A stretch of DNA of 56,506 nt, counting the filler, from Catajapyx aquilonaris (Eukaryota), in the NCBI GenBank assembly GCA_000934665.2. It is 2 parts of 2 records of this genome, joined end to end, with 100 filler letters (N's around TTAATTAATTAA, not from the genome) between each part and the next. Parts side by side here need not be neighbours in the genome. Positions count along the whole stretch, not along the records: positions 1 to 28,209 come from JYFJ02004955.1; 1 more part is not named here. One strand, written 5' to 3'. Each line of letters begins with the position of its first letter. Position 1 is the first letter of the stretch. Position numbers and translations under genes: made by a program. Below, piece after piece: positions 13,244 to 23,865 of the stretch. Under the pieces are notes generated by a model that searched no databases, was not told the origin of the DNA, and saw nothing but the letters and a program-made list of their open reading frames with translations.

Positions 13244-14693
13244 GGGGAGAGCAAGGCACAGTGGTCCACAGGGCACAGTGGTCCTTTCTATTTTAAAAAT
13301 ATAAGAAACTGGTGTAAGATCTTCATCTGGTACCTCGTGAAATAAGTCACTATTGTACTGTACATCCTGGCAACATGACAGCCACCTGTGAGATGACTAC
13401 GATCCTGCTGTATCAGGGGAAATCTATTTGAGCGGTAGTGAAGTTACTTCTAACCCACACAGTTTAAATGCCATGTCAGACGTAGATGATGGGCCTGGTG
13501 TAAAAATGTTCTTGAATAGTGTCTTCCTTTGTCTATAAATGCTGGAAATGTGGAAAGCATCATTTGCAATAGAAGCTATGATTCATAGCATCATGTCAGT
13601 TGCTGCCATCTGGGGCGCAGTGGTCCATAGTCAAAATAATGTGCACCTCTTTGTGGACGACCGTCCCTTTTGCCTCTATACAGCACTTAATGTCATCGTA
13701 GTTTTATATGCTAATGGTTTTGACAGACACTAGTATGAAATAAAGTTCATGCGCCAAAAGATGTGGCAGGAGAAGGTCTACTTTCCGGAGAGACACAATG
13801 TTTCATTATTTTGTGTCCACAAATTGCTGTAACAGAAATCCCTTTTTATTATTTCCTATTTATTTAGAAGGGCTAGATGTACTATGGGACTCAAATTGTT
13901 TTGGCCCCTTTATCCTGGTCTTGAAGCAATCCTTCGCACAGACCTCACGTTAGGGGGGTGTCTACAGGTCTTCAATTAGCTCTGGGGACGGAAGTTTGTG
14001 CTTTTACTGTAGTTGTGGGGACGTCTGTCCCCACAATTCGAATTGTGCATTTGTCGGTCCCCACTCATGCACACACGCGATGTGTACTATTACAGTGGGG
14101 ACATGTTTAAATTAGTGGGGACATGTCCCCACTATTTTCATTCGTAGGGTTTCACAAAAGTCCATTTTTCTCAGCCTAGGTTACTTAGGGTAGGGTAGGT
14201 TAGGTAGGGTAGGGTAGGGTAGAGTGGGGTGGGGTAGGGTAGGTTAGGTTAGGTTAGGTTAGGTTAGGTTAGGTTACATTAGCTTCGAAAAGTTGAATTT
14301 TCAGGTCCCCACAGCTAATTCAGGACAAGACTGTGTGTGTGGGTGAGTGTGTGTGAGAGTGAAGGGTTGCTTCAAGACCAGGATAAAGTGTCCAAAACAA
14401 CTTGAGCCCCATAGTACGATAAAAATAAATGTACTTCCTGTGTGAATTAGGGGTCCCAATCACTTCCAGATCACTGTGCCCCAGTCATCGAGGTACAGTG
14501 GTCCATTTGCATAGGGCAGAATCTAAAATATTTTCAAATCAAATGGATGCCACTGCCTCTGAATATATTAGTGACGTGTAAATTACCAATGAGTACCTCC
14601 ACCATTCCGGAAAATATTGGGTGCATAGGTGTAACAGGAACTCTTAGAAAAATTCTAATGTGCAAAAGTGGACCACTGTTACCCAGTCTCCCC
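13244..14693. mobile_element. Non-autonomous TA-targeting DNA transposon (pogo/Tc1-like ends) containing nested insertions
   Basis: ta|GGGGAGA..cagtggtccac and gtggaccactg..TCTCCCC|ta. Confidence 0.75.
13880..14416. mobile_element. Nested MITE with TACTATGGG termini (Transib-like)
   Basis: About 55-bp inverted ends tactatgggactcaaattgttttgg..tttatcctggtcttgaagcaatccttc and its reverse complement ending 14416. Encloses a third element with ggggac/gtcccc motifs and (TAGGG)/(TTAGG) repeats. Confidence 0.7.
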
Positions 14694-15051
14694 TACACCT
14701 AGTAGGCCATTATTTTCCTTCCACATGATCTTTGTCTCCACCACTCATGCTCTCCATCTGCCTCTACTGGATTGAAAAATCTGCTTGAGAAGAAAGCAAG
14801 TAATTGGAGCAGGCGCCTGAAGGAGCCTCTTTCTCCACTCTCTCTCATCCTTCCTGAAACCAACTGGCTTCCCTCCCAGAAAGTGGAAAAGGGGTAGCGA
14901 GGACGGGTGGTGGAAAGCAACCTTCTTGTTGCGGAGTTAATTAATCGGCCTGGTCTGTCGGTAACGTACGATTGGTCCTTTCGATTAGTGGAGGATATGC
15001 GGGGATCGACTATTCCAAAGGTGCAATCGAATCACTGCTCTCTAGTGGAAA

Positions 15052-15061
15052 TTTATTATTT

Positions 15062-15092
<31 letters not shown>

Positions 15093-15140
15093 TATTATTA
15101 TTATTATTATTGTTATTATTGTTATTATTATTATTATTAT
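15052..15140. repeat. (TTA)n microsatellite
   Basis: Directly visible. Confidence 0.95.
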
Positions 15141-15804
15141 AAAATAACTTACAGAATGAAGGGGGCTGGGGATTTTTGACACAATATATTGTGAGGTGTG
15201 TTGCACTAACTGTTACTGCGTCCTTGGAGTAAGATATCTCCTTGCACATTATTAGGGAGGACATATTGTGCGGAACTTTGTGTGGTCTCCAGTCCTAATT
15301 GAATTACTATTTTAATGCGGTGAGACTAAACACTCTCATATTTTCAAATTAAAAACTGAGCGCACCCCGCCCACTCCTTCCCTAGTGTCACAATTAGAAA
15401 GTCGAGGCATAAATTTCAAGAGGAATGATGCACGTGCGTAACGGTGTTCTTGTGCACATTTTCACTTGTACAATGACAGATTTGATGTGTTATAATTGGA
15501 CGGGAAGGAACTTCTCCCAAATTAACTGTGCATTAGGACTACATGCAGCAGTGAGTCGCTTTAATGGAGGCATTTCGACTGGCCTCCTTGGAGACGTCCC
15601 TTGGCTACCAGATGGGCAGAAAACACCTAGATTTTCGATTACTCATATTTTAAAGATACGGACAAGATATTTTACAAATAATAACACCTATACTTCCCCG
15701 TTCAGGGAAAACACTATGAATATGTTTGGAACAATTTTACTCCTTCAGAAGTCCCTAAATTAATTTTCAAAAATGTCGCTGCAGAGTGCCTATACCGCCA
15801 TCGC

Positions 15805-15919
15805 CTAGGGGTGGAATTTTAGGCCCACTGATAGTTACTGCTAACTTATCAGTGCCATGGCCAACACTGGTACTGCTAAGTTAGCAGTAGCTATCAGTGG
15901 GACGAAAATTCCACCCTAG
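15805..15919. mobile_element. 115-bp hairpin MITE
   Basis: ctaggggtggaatttt..cccactgatagttactgctaactt and aagttagcagtagctatcagtggg..aaaattccaccctag. Confidence 0.75.
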
Positions 15920-16385
15920 ATTTTTAGTCCGGGACCTACTGTAAGTGTAAAAATCAGGCCTAACTCTGCACTTTGTGATAAGAAGGTGCCACTTAGCACA
16001 TAATATGTTCCCTAGGCCATAAAAGAGTCATTTCAGAGTTGGCGCCACCTGGTCGGCCCCTTAGGTCGCGAGTAAGACGGCGTTGCCAACCTGGTCAGGG
16101 ATGACCTGAGTGTTTTTAAGTTTGGATTTTATGATAAGAAAGTGCCACTTGGCAGATAAGTTTTCTAGACCTATAGGACTCATTTGAGAGATGTCGCCAC
16201 CTGATCGTCCCCTTACACCACGAGTTATGCGGTGTTGCTTGGTGTTGCCAACCTGGTCCGGGACCTAAGCGTTTTAACTCGGCACTTTGTGATAAGAAGT
16301 TCCCACTCAGCGGAAATGTTCTCTAGGCCTATAGGAGTCATTTGACGTATGGCGCTACCTGATCGGCCCCTTAGGTCACGAGTTA

Positions 16386-18813
16386 AGGTGCATTCACATA
16401 TCGGCGACTGCGACTCCGTGCCCGAGCGACGTCGCGGCCATGGTGTCGCCCAGCTGCTGGAGGCCCGCACAGTGGCCAATATCAGAAAAAACACGCAAGA
16501 AAATGATAGCTCCTAAACTAAACCGTTGAAGTACGTAAAATACATGTCTCCCCATGTTTTAACGGTCGCTGATTTCGATTTTTAGGTTATTTTGAACATG
16601 GACCTACAGGGTGTACCAAAAACACGATCGAATTTAAGAATCATTCTGTAGAATAAGCGGAAAAATAGGTTAGTGATGTTACCCTACGTTTTGCGGTCAC
16701 TGCTTCATATTTTGAGGCTCTTATCAAACTAAGGCCTACAGGGTGTACCAAAAACAGGATAGAATTTAATAATCTGCAGAATAAGCGGTACAAGTAGGTG
16801 AAACTAATGCTTCCCTGTTTTTACGGTCGCTGATTTCGATTTTTAGGTTATTTCGAAGCTATACCTACAGGGTGCACTAAAAACTCACTATGAAATCTAC
16901 GAACGTGTACAATAAGCATTACAAGTAGGTGAAAATAACATTTCCCGATGTTTTTGCGGTCCTAATTTTGATTTTTTAGGTTATTTTGTACCAGGACATA
17001 CAGGGTGTACCATAAAAAGACCATCGCATTCAAGAACTTGTGGAATCTACATAAAAGTACGGACATGTGAAAATAGTATTTTACCGTATGTTGGTGGACA
17101 ATGATTTTGATTTTTAGGTTATACTGAACCCAGACCACTAGCCTGTGTCAAAAACACCGTCAAATTTGAGATATCGTGGAATAAAGAGTACAGTAAAACA
17201 CGATAGAATTTAATAATAGGCCTATGTAGAATAAGCAGTACAAGTAGGTGAAAGTAATGTTTCTTCAGTTTTTACGGTCGCTGATTTAGATCTTGAGGAA
17301 ACTTCCAACTCAGGCCAACAAAATGTATAATGAACACCATAACCACTCCAGCCCCCTTTCCGCATCGTGATGGGGATTTAACATTTGACCCCTTACGTCA
17401 CATGACCATAGTTTTCAAGTTCAAAGTATACAAAAACATGTGCTTGTAGATTTGGTTATCGCAGGATCTGTTTAGCCGAAGTCTCTCACCCTCTGAGCCA
17501 GCATTAGCCCTTCGTCACGCTAATTAACATTTTCCTTCCAGGCATTACAGACGAAATTCTCCTTAACACATCGCGATTTTCTGAGGTAGCATTTTGTGAA
17601 GTGGGATAGCACCGTAATACCAATACTGCAGTAATTCAGTGCAAAAAGAATATGAAGTGGCCCCTGAAAGTGAATATCGTAGAATATTTCCTTCAGTTGC
17701 GGGTCGACGCAGCTGAGACTTACTTGGATAGTTTCCCTATTATCCGCAGGTCAACTTAAATCCAATTTCATCACTGACTCGTACTGACTCCGTTTGGTAT
17801 GCCTAATTGAACTTCAAAATTTGTGAAAATTTGCAGAATGTTACCAGTTGAAATAATTTCTCGGATGTCCAAGAAACAAGTACCCATTACTGATATTCTG
17901 TTAACAGTCCCAAATCCATGCTATACGAGACCTAGTATCTATTTTCCTAAACATTTAATTTTTAACATTATGCAATTATGTCAACAGCTGGCGCGTTTCG
18001 ATGAATCAGAAGAATGCTGAACGTTTGAACAGCGTATTTTGTATATTATTTTCTGTTACTTTTGGAGTGTTTATGGTGTTTATGATACAATTTGTTGGCC
18101 TGGGTTGGAAGTTTCCTCAAAATCTAAATCAGCGACCGTAAAAACAGGGGAAACATTACTTTCACCTACATATAGGCCTACTATTAAATTCTATCGTGTT
18201 ATACTGTACTACTTATTCCACAACATCTCAAATTTTACGGTGTTTTTGATACAGGCTCTTGGTCTGGGTTCAGTGTAGCCTAAAAATCAAAATCACTGTC
18301 CACCAACATTACGGTAAAATACTATTTTCACATGTCCGTACTTATAATGTAGACTCCACATGTTCCTGAATTCGATGGTCTTTTTATGGTACACCCTGTA
18401 TGTCCTGGTTCAAAATAACCTAAAAAATCAAAATTAGGACCTCGAAAACATCGGGAAATGTTATTCTCACCTACTTGTAATGCTTATTACACACGTTCGT
18501 CAATTTCATAGGGTGTTTTTGGTACACCCTGTAGGTATAGCTTCACAATAACCTAAAAATCGAAATCAGCGACCTTGAAAACATGGGGAGACATGTATTT
18601 TACGTACTTCAACGGTTTAGTTTAGGAGCTATCATTTTCTTGCGTGTTTTTTCTGATATTGGCCACTGTGGCCCGGTAGCAGAGCTCTTTGGGGCACTAC
18701 ATTGTGACAGCATCTACTGGACGGGAACTCCGTCGCTGGGGGCACCGCGTCGTGGATCGACGGGGCACAGAATCGGTCGCTGAGCACGGAATCGCGGATA
18801 TGTGAATGCACCT
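16386..18813. mobile_element. PIF/Harbinger-type non-autonomous element
   Basis: Terminal inverted repeats AGGTGCATTCACATATC / GATATGTGAATGCACCT with a TTA duplication. It interrupts the host repeat unit cacgagtta|tgcggtgttgc. Confidence 0.85.
16468..18670. mobile_element. Transib-type non-autonomous element
   Basis: Terminal inverted repeats begin CACAGTG and extend more than 90 bp near-perfectly. Perfect 5-bp duplication GCCCG at 16463-16467 and 18671-18675. Internal arrays of about 120-bp units are inverted between the two arms. Confidence 0.92.
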
Positions 18814-18933
18814 TTATGCGGTGTTGCCTAGAATGCCAACCCATCATGAATATCAAAACATGGAAATGCCCTCAAGTTGGATAAAACTACATGTGAATGG
18901 CAGAAAATAATAAAGATCCACTCTTCCGATGTA

Positions 18934-19666
18934 CAGGGTGTCCCACTACCTCCCGAACCGGAAAAATGGCGCACAACTGGTAAACCACTTGATGTAGGGC
19001 GATGAAATTTTACGGGTACATACCTTGGTTTGTGAAAGTAACATATTGTCATAGAAAATGCTGAAAGTGGCCCCCGTTTGCGTCCAAGCAGGTATGAACA
19101 CGACGCTCGATGTTCGCGAAAGTGCAGGCCAGCATCTCGGGAGTTATCCCCTCAATTGCGGAACGGATATTTTCCTGCAGTGCTGGATAGTTCTTGGTTT
19201 GTTTTTGTAGACCTGTCCTTTTAGGTAACCCCACAGGAAATAATCCGGTGGAGTTAAATCGGGTGATCGTGGTGGACAAATCCCCTTGGAAATGACTCGG
19301 CCTGGGAAGAAGGAATTGATGACGGCCATGCTGACCCTCGATGTGTGGCATGTTGCTCCGTCCTGCTGAAAGTAGCCCAACGTGAGTTCTTCATCGTCCA
19401 ACTGCTGCGTCGAAAATCTGGAGGTACACGTCGGATGTCACTGTTGAATTGAAGAATACGGGTCCAACAATGCGACGTCGGGAAATCCCACACCACACAC
19501 CAACTTTCTCAGAATGGAGCAGTTCCTCGTGTATCGCGTGGGGATTTTCGCTTGCCGGTTGTTCTCATGGATCAAGCTATGTCCCCGTAAAATTTCATCG
19601 CCCTACATGAAGTGGTTTACCAGTTATGCGCCATTTTGCCGGTTCGGGAAGTAGTGGGACACCCTG
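18934..19666 (-). mobile_element. Internally deleted Tc1/mariner-superfamily element with transposase remnant
   Basis: About 80-bp terminal inverted repeats starting CAGGGTGTCCCACTAC. Frameshifted minus-strand FQQDGATCHT...PPRSPDLTPPDYFLWGYLK...NGGHFQHFL (rosa/DD41D-like motifs; 38 residues between the last two Asp here). Confidence 0.9.
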
Positions 19667-19786
19667 CTATTAAAAGGTCATGAGGTGGCAGCTGTCCACA
19701 GCGGACCCTGAGTATAGCGAATAACTCAATTGAGGAATTTCCTGGAAACTGGGGTAGGCTATATATGCAGAGGACATGCAATATAC

Positions 19787-20463
19787 CAGGGTGATTACAA
19801 ATGAATAGTATAATTACAAATGCATATAGCTCCGTACCTATCAATCGCACATGAACGTGTTATACACCAAATGAATTATGAGGTTTTAAAGTTTATTTCA
19901 TACCTTATAAATGTTCTATATGACTTCTCTTGGTCACTCGAGAAACGTCAATCCGATAGTGCAATTCCTCCTATACTCGTGCCAGCATGTCCGTTGTCAC
20001 TGACTCAACCGCAGTAACAATGCAATGTTTGAGTTCATCCAGGGTTGTTGGCATCGGTGGCACGTACACAGCATTCTTAACGTACCCCCAAAGGAAGAAG
20101 TCGCATGGCGTCAAATCCGGCGACCTTGGGGGCCAGCAGTAAAGCGCCAAGTCTTGCAGGTCACTGCGACCTATCCAACGACGAAGGAGCACATTGTTCA
20201 GAAACTGGCGAACATCTGAATGCCAGTGCATTGTTACTGCGGTTGAGTCCGTGACAACGGACATGCTGGCACGGGTATGGGAGGAATTGCACTATCGGAT
20301 CGACGTTTCTCGAGTGACCAAGGGAAATTATATAGAACATTTATAAGGTATGAAAAAAACTTTAAAACCTCCTCTTTCATTTGGTGTATAACACGTTCAT
20401 GTACGGTTGATAGGTAAGGAGCTATATGCCTTAGTAATTATACTATTCATTTGTAATACCCTG
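19787..20463. mobile_element. Tc1/mariner-derived foldback element made of two 3' ends
   Basis: About 240-bp inverted arms that both contain the transposase C-terminus plus the terminal repeat (CAGGGT.ATTACAAATG). The centre encodes WPPRSPDLTPCDFFLWGYVK on the minus strand. Confidence 0.88.
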
Positions 20464-21798
20464 TATATATTTTTTCTTTTTGACCTAAGGGACCGATCAG
20501 GTGGCGCCATTTCTCAAATGGCTCCTGTAGGCCTAGAGAATATGTCTGCCAAGTGGTACCTTCTTATCATAAAGTGCAAGGTTAAAACGCTTAGGTCCCG
20601 GACCAATAAGTTGCCAACACCGCATAACTCGGGACCTAAGGGACCGATCAGGCAGGGCCAACTCAACAAGTGTGCCAAGTGGCACCTTCTTATCACAAAA
20701 TGCAAAGTCGTGCAAAGTGAAAAACCCTTAGGTCCCTGAAAAGGTTGGCAACGCCGCATTATTCGTGACCTAAGGGACCGATCAGGTGGCGCCTTCTCTC
20801 AAAAGGATCCTACAGGCCTAGGGAACATGCCTGGCACCTTCCTATCACAAAGTGCAGAGTTAAAACGTTTATGTCCCGGACTATCTCTTGGAAAATTAAT
20901 TTTGGGACTTCTAGACCAGGAAAATTGTTCCAAACACATTCATAGTGTTTTGCATGAACATGTAGTGTATCTATTATTATTTGTAGAATATCATGTCCGT
21001 ATCTTAAAAGTAAGGGTAATAAAAAATCTTGGCGTTTAAGGCCTAGATGGTAGCGAAGGGGTTAAGGGATGTTAAAACGTATACCGGTACTGTATATTCT
21101 GGTTAGGACTCAGTGTGACTGCAGTTCTGAAGACGGAGTTTCCGTAATATTGTATAACATTATCTAATATTCACTGCTTGTTTAAAATGTGATAATGACT
21201 CTGTAATGCCATAATTTTTGCATATAAAAATTAAATAACAACCTACAAAATGATTGCTTACATTTGCAACAGTTTGACTCCTCAAGCTACAAATCTCATG
21301 ATAAACTTTAATCAGTATGGAAGTATTCCTCAATATTGTCTTTAAAAATATTTTTTCCGCATTTTAGCGCTACTTGATTATCCTACGACATACGCTAAAC
21401 CTGAACAATATTATTGCGGATACTCATTCATTAGTATAATTATATCATTTGAGTCCCACTACCAGTGCTACTCACAGGTTATACACTATAATAAAACGAG
21501 TGCAGCAATCATATATGGCCGATAGTAATATTTATCAAATTAATTTTTCCAGCTGTGTCCTGAAGCTATGCAACCATCAGAACTCTCCCATTGAACAAAC
21601 TACCGTATGATAACAAGCACTTGAGTGCTGATATAGTTGTATAGTGTCAGGATACGATTTTGAAAGATTATAGCCGTGATTATAGCACATGCCTAATATG
21701 TTTGCCTGATTGTGCAATAGTAAAAAACGCTGAATGTTACTGTCGAGTTAATAACAAGCTCATCCTTATTATTCCATCCGACGGGGGCAATGGTTCAG

Positions 21799-22059
21799 GG
21801 AATGAGCGCACCTACTCTCTGTGGAATCTGCTGGTGCCTCTGGTGGCTACAGCTGGAGTCATTTTGCTGGTGGTCCTACTCGTGGCCGGCATTTTGTGCT
21901 TAAAAAGAAAGTTTTCCCGCCATAGAGGGACACGAAATCGACGGAAGAGGAGTTCTGGCACCATTGCAGCTGGAGCCAATTCTGTAGGACACACTGATGC
22001 TGCTCTTGACTTGCTGGAGGGGAATCCGCTTCTGGCGCCAGTCATTGCCAGAAATGGAG
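21799..22059 (+). CDS. Sidestep/nephrin-like gene, transmembrane/juxtamembrane exon
   Basis: Hydrophobic helix LLVPLVATAGVILLVVLLVAGILCL followed by basic KRKFSRHR. In-phase acceptor ttcag|GG at 21798 and donor G|gtcagt, phase 1-1. 5' boundary uncertain (see findings). Confidence 0.8.
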
Positions 22060-22483
22060 GTCAGTCGTGTTTCCCCAAAGAGATTGTCTTCTTCATGTTG
22101 CGTGAGTTACATTATATTAATATTTTACAGAGTCCATTCAAGTTACTGTTGCGAAATTTTAAAAATAATTATGGCAATAAGCTACCAGGAGGCAGCCACA
22201 TGGGGATAATTTTAAATTCCTTTTCCATTAACATTTGCCATTCTTGGCATAAATATAAGTATAGCGTGAATCCCTTTCCAGGTGTTGCGTCAGTTACGGT
22301 GAAATTACCCTTAAATATTATTGCAATGTCTTGTCACAAAAGCTTGATTTACAAATGACCAGTTCTCCTCTAAATCTGGGCTAAATGTTGACAAACAATG
22401 TCGGTTAACCTGTAATATCATATTCTCATATTCGCTGTCTTCTCTCATGGCCCTGTCAGACAGACGCTGCACTCACTAGCTTA

Positions 22484-22734
22484 AGGCCGCTACACAAATT
22501 CGGCGGAAGGCTGAGCGGGCGGCAAGAGTGCGTTTGGGGGCGTGGTTTGGGGCGCGGAACCTGAGCGGTGGCAATCGCACAAGTCCATCCAGGTGGACTT
22601 GAGCGGTTCTCACCGCACCAGTTTCCTCCCGCAGCGCCACCGCTTGAATTTGTGAATTGCCACCACTCACATTCCGCGCCCCAATCGCACGTTTTCCGAC
22701 CGCTCAGCCTTCCGCCGAATTTGTGTACAGGCCT
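22484..22734. mobile_element. Harbinger-type MITE
   Basis: Terminal inverted repeats aggccgctacacaaattcggcggaaggctgagcgg / ccgctcagccttccgccgaatttgtgtacaggcct; flanks tta and ttt. Confidence 0.8.
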
Positions 22735-22856
22735 TTTAGCCGCTCTCCCCGCGCGGCGGTACGGCGGCCAGCTTTGCACCGGGTTGTGCCCTGAGGGCCT
22801 CGTCCGCCGTGGAAATTGGAGGGATTTTGGGGGCAGCACGGCCGAGGAGTGTTGTA

Positions 22857-23045
22857 CGAGGGCCGTACCAAAATGCTTTACAATTTATTTTTTTGCCGAA
22901 AATACACAGACCATGCAGGTCGGCAAATAGGCACACACTATCGACAGAACCCTCCTCGAGCCTAATGCACAGGAGTCATGGGTGTGGCCACCTCTTCAGG
23001 CCCTCCAGGAACCACTTTTTGGATGTGCGACGCCCGAGGCGAGGC
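22857..23045 (-). mobile_element. Mariner-like 3' end fragment
   Basis: ta|CGAGGGCCGTACCAAAA terminus. Minus strand reads KKWFLEGLKRWPHP*LLCIRLEEGSVD, resembling the mariner C-terminal motif F..GI..L..RW..CI...G.Y.E. Confidence 0.55.
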
Positions 23046-23186
23046 CCCTACTACCGGACAACTGCTCAGTCAGCAACTATAAACAATGTCCTTAAAATGG
23101 CGTCGGCGAAGGGATTTTTCCATGGATCTTGCTTTGAGTGCTTCAACACCCACTGTACTTCCCTGGCCTGGCCTCAGTGACTTCGT

Positions 23187-23865
23187 TTGTTTGTTTATTG
23201 TTTGTTTGTAATTCCCCGTGATAGGGCCAGGGGCCCTCTTAGGGAAGGGGGGAGGTTCCCAAGGGAGGGCCTTCCTAAGTAGTCATTTCTGACCATGGTC
23301 TTAGAGTACTAAGGTCTGGACACTCCCACTTACCGCCTGCCGGGGCGTTTTGCATGAGGTGCTCACCTGAGAGCGCCATGAGACCTTTCTCGGAGCTATT
23401 ATGTGGCGACCCTACCGGACTACGCTGAACTTTATAGGTACAAAAGGGAAGCGCTACATGTGGGCTCAACATGGCCTCCGGCGACCATGTTGGGTCCCCC
23501 AATGTAGCGCATCCCTTTTGTACTTATAAAGTTCACCGTAGTCCGGTAGGGTCGCCACATAATAGCTCCGTGAAAGGTCTCATGGCGCTCTCAGGTGAGC
23601 ACCTCATGCAAACGCCCCGGCATGCGATAAGATAAGATTGTAAGGGAATTGTCCGGGGACTGTTTCTGACACTCCTAAATATACCAGAGCTTTTCTCTTG
23701 GCCATGGGGAGTGCAATTCTGCCTGGACATGTCTGGTGAAAAGCGGAAAAAGACCCGACCAAGCGAAGGTGACTGCCTGACGCGGACGGGATTTGAACCC
23801 CGGACCTCCCGCTTGGCTGGCCAGTAGACTAGCCACTAGTCCCCCCCCCCCCACCCCCGCCCCCC
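23187..23865 (-). mobile_element. tRNA-derived SINE with an inserted palindromic element
   Basis: Minus-strand head TAGTGGCTAGTC..GGTCCGGGGTTCAAATCCCG; 3' tail TATCACGGGG plus (AAAC)n. Confidence 0.7.
23334..23626. repeat. About 290-bp palindromic element, copy 2
   Basis: Homologous to 12146-12446 with self-complementary arms. Confidence 0.85.

Larger units (their letters stand above)
15598..21061. mobile_element. Non-autonomous piggyBac-like element hosting nested insertions
   Basis: About 175-bp diverged terminal inverted repeats (CCCTTGGCTACC.. and ..GGTAGCGAAGGGG|TTAA). Tandem subterminal repeats at about 15960-16385 recur inverted at about 20480-20880. The left TTAA is not preserved. 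Confidence 0.75.

Noticed and set aside
14170..14276. True telomere or chromosome fusion site
   Set aside because: It is a short tract inside a nested MITE in an intron.
14907..15264. Poly-Tyr and poly-Asn ORFs
   Set aside because: They come from the (TTA)n microsatellite.
16540..18600. Regularly spaced about 120-bp repeats resembling a CRISPR array
   Set aside because: The whole unit is repeated with no unique spacers, it is mirrored between arms inside Transib ends, there are no cas genes and the context is eukaryotic.
21660..22358. 232-aa ORF as a standalone gene
   Set aside because: Only the middle is exon-like and bounded by splice sites; the flanks are intronic read-through.
23780..23850. 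tRNA-like sequences here and at about 3105-3176, 6061-6145 and 12590-12650
   Set aside because: They have A/B boxes but no clean cloverleaf and continue into SINE bodies.
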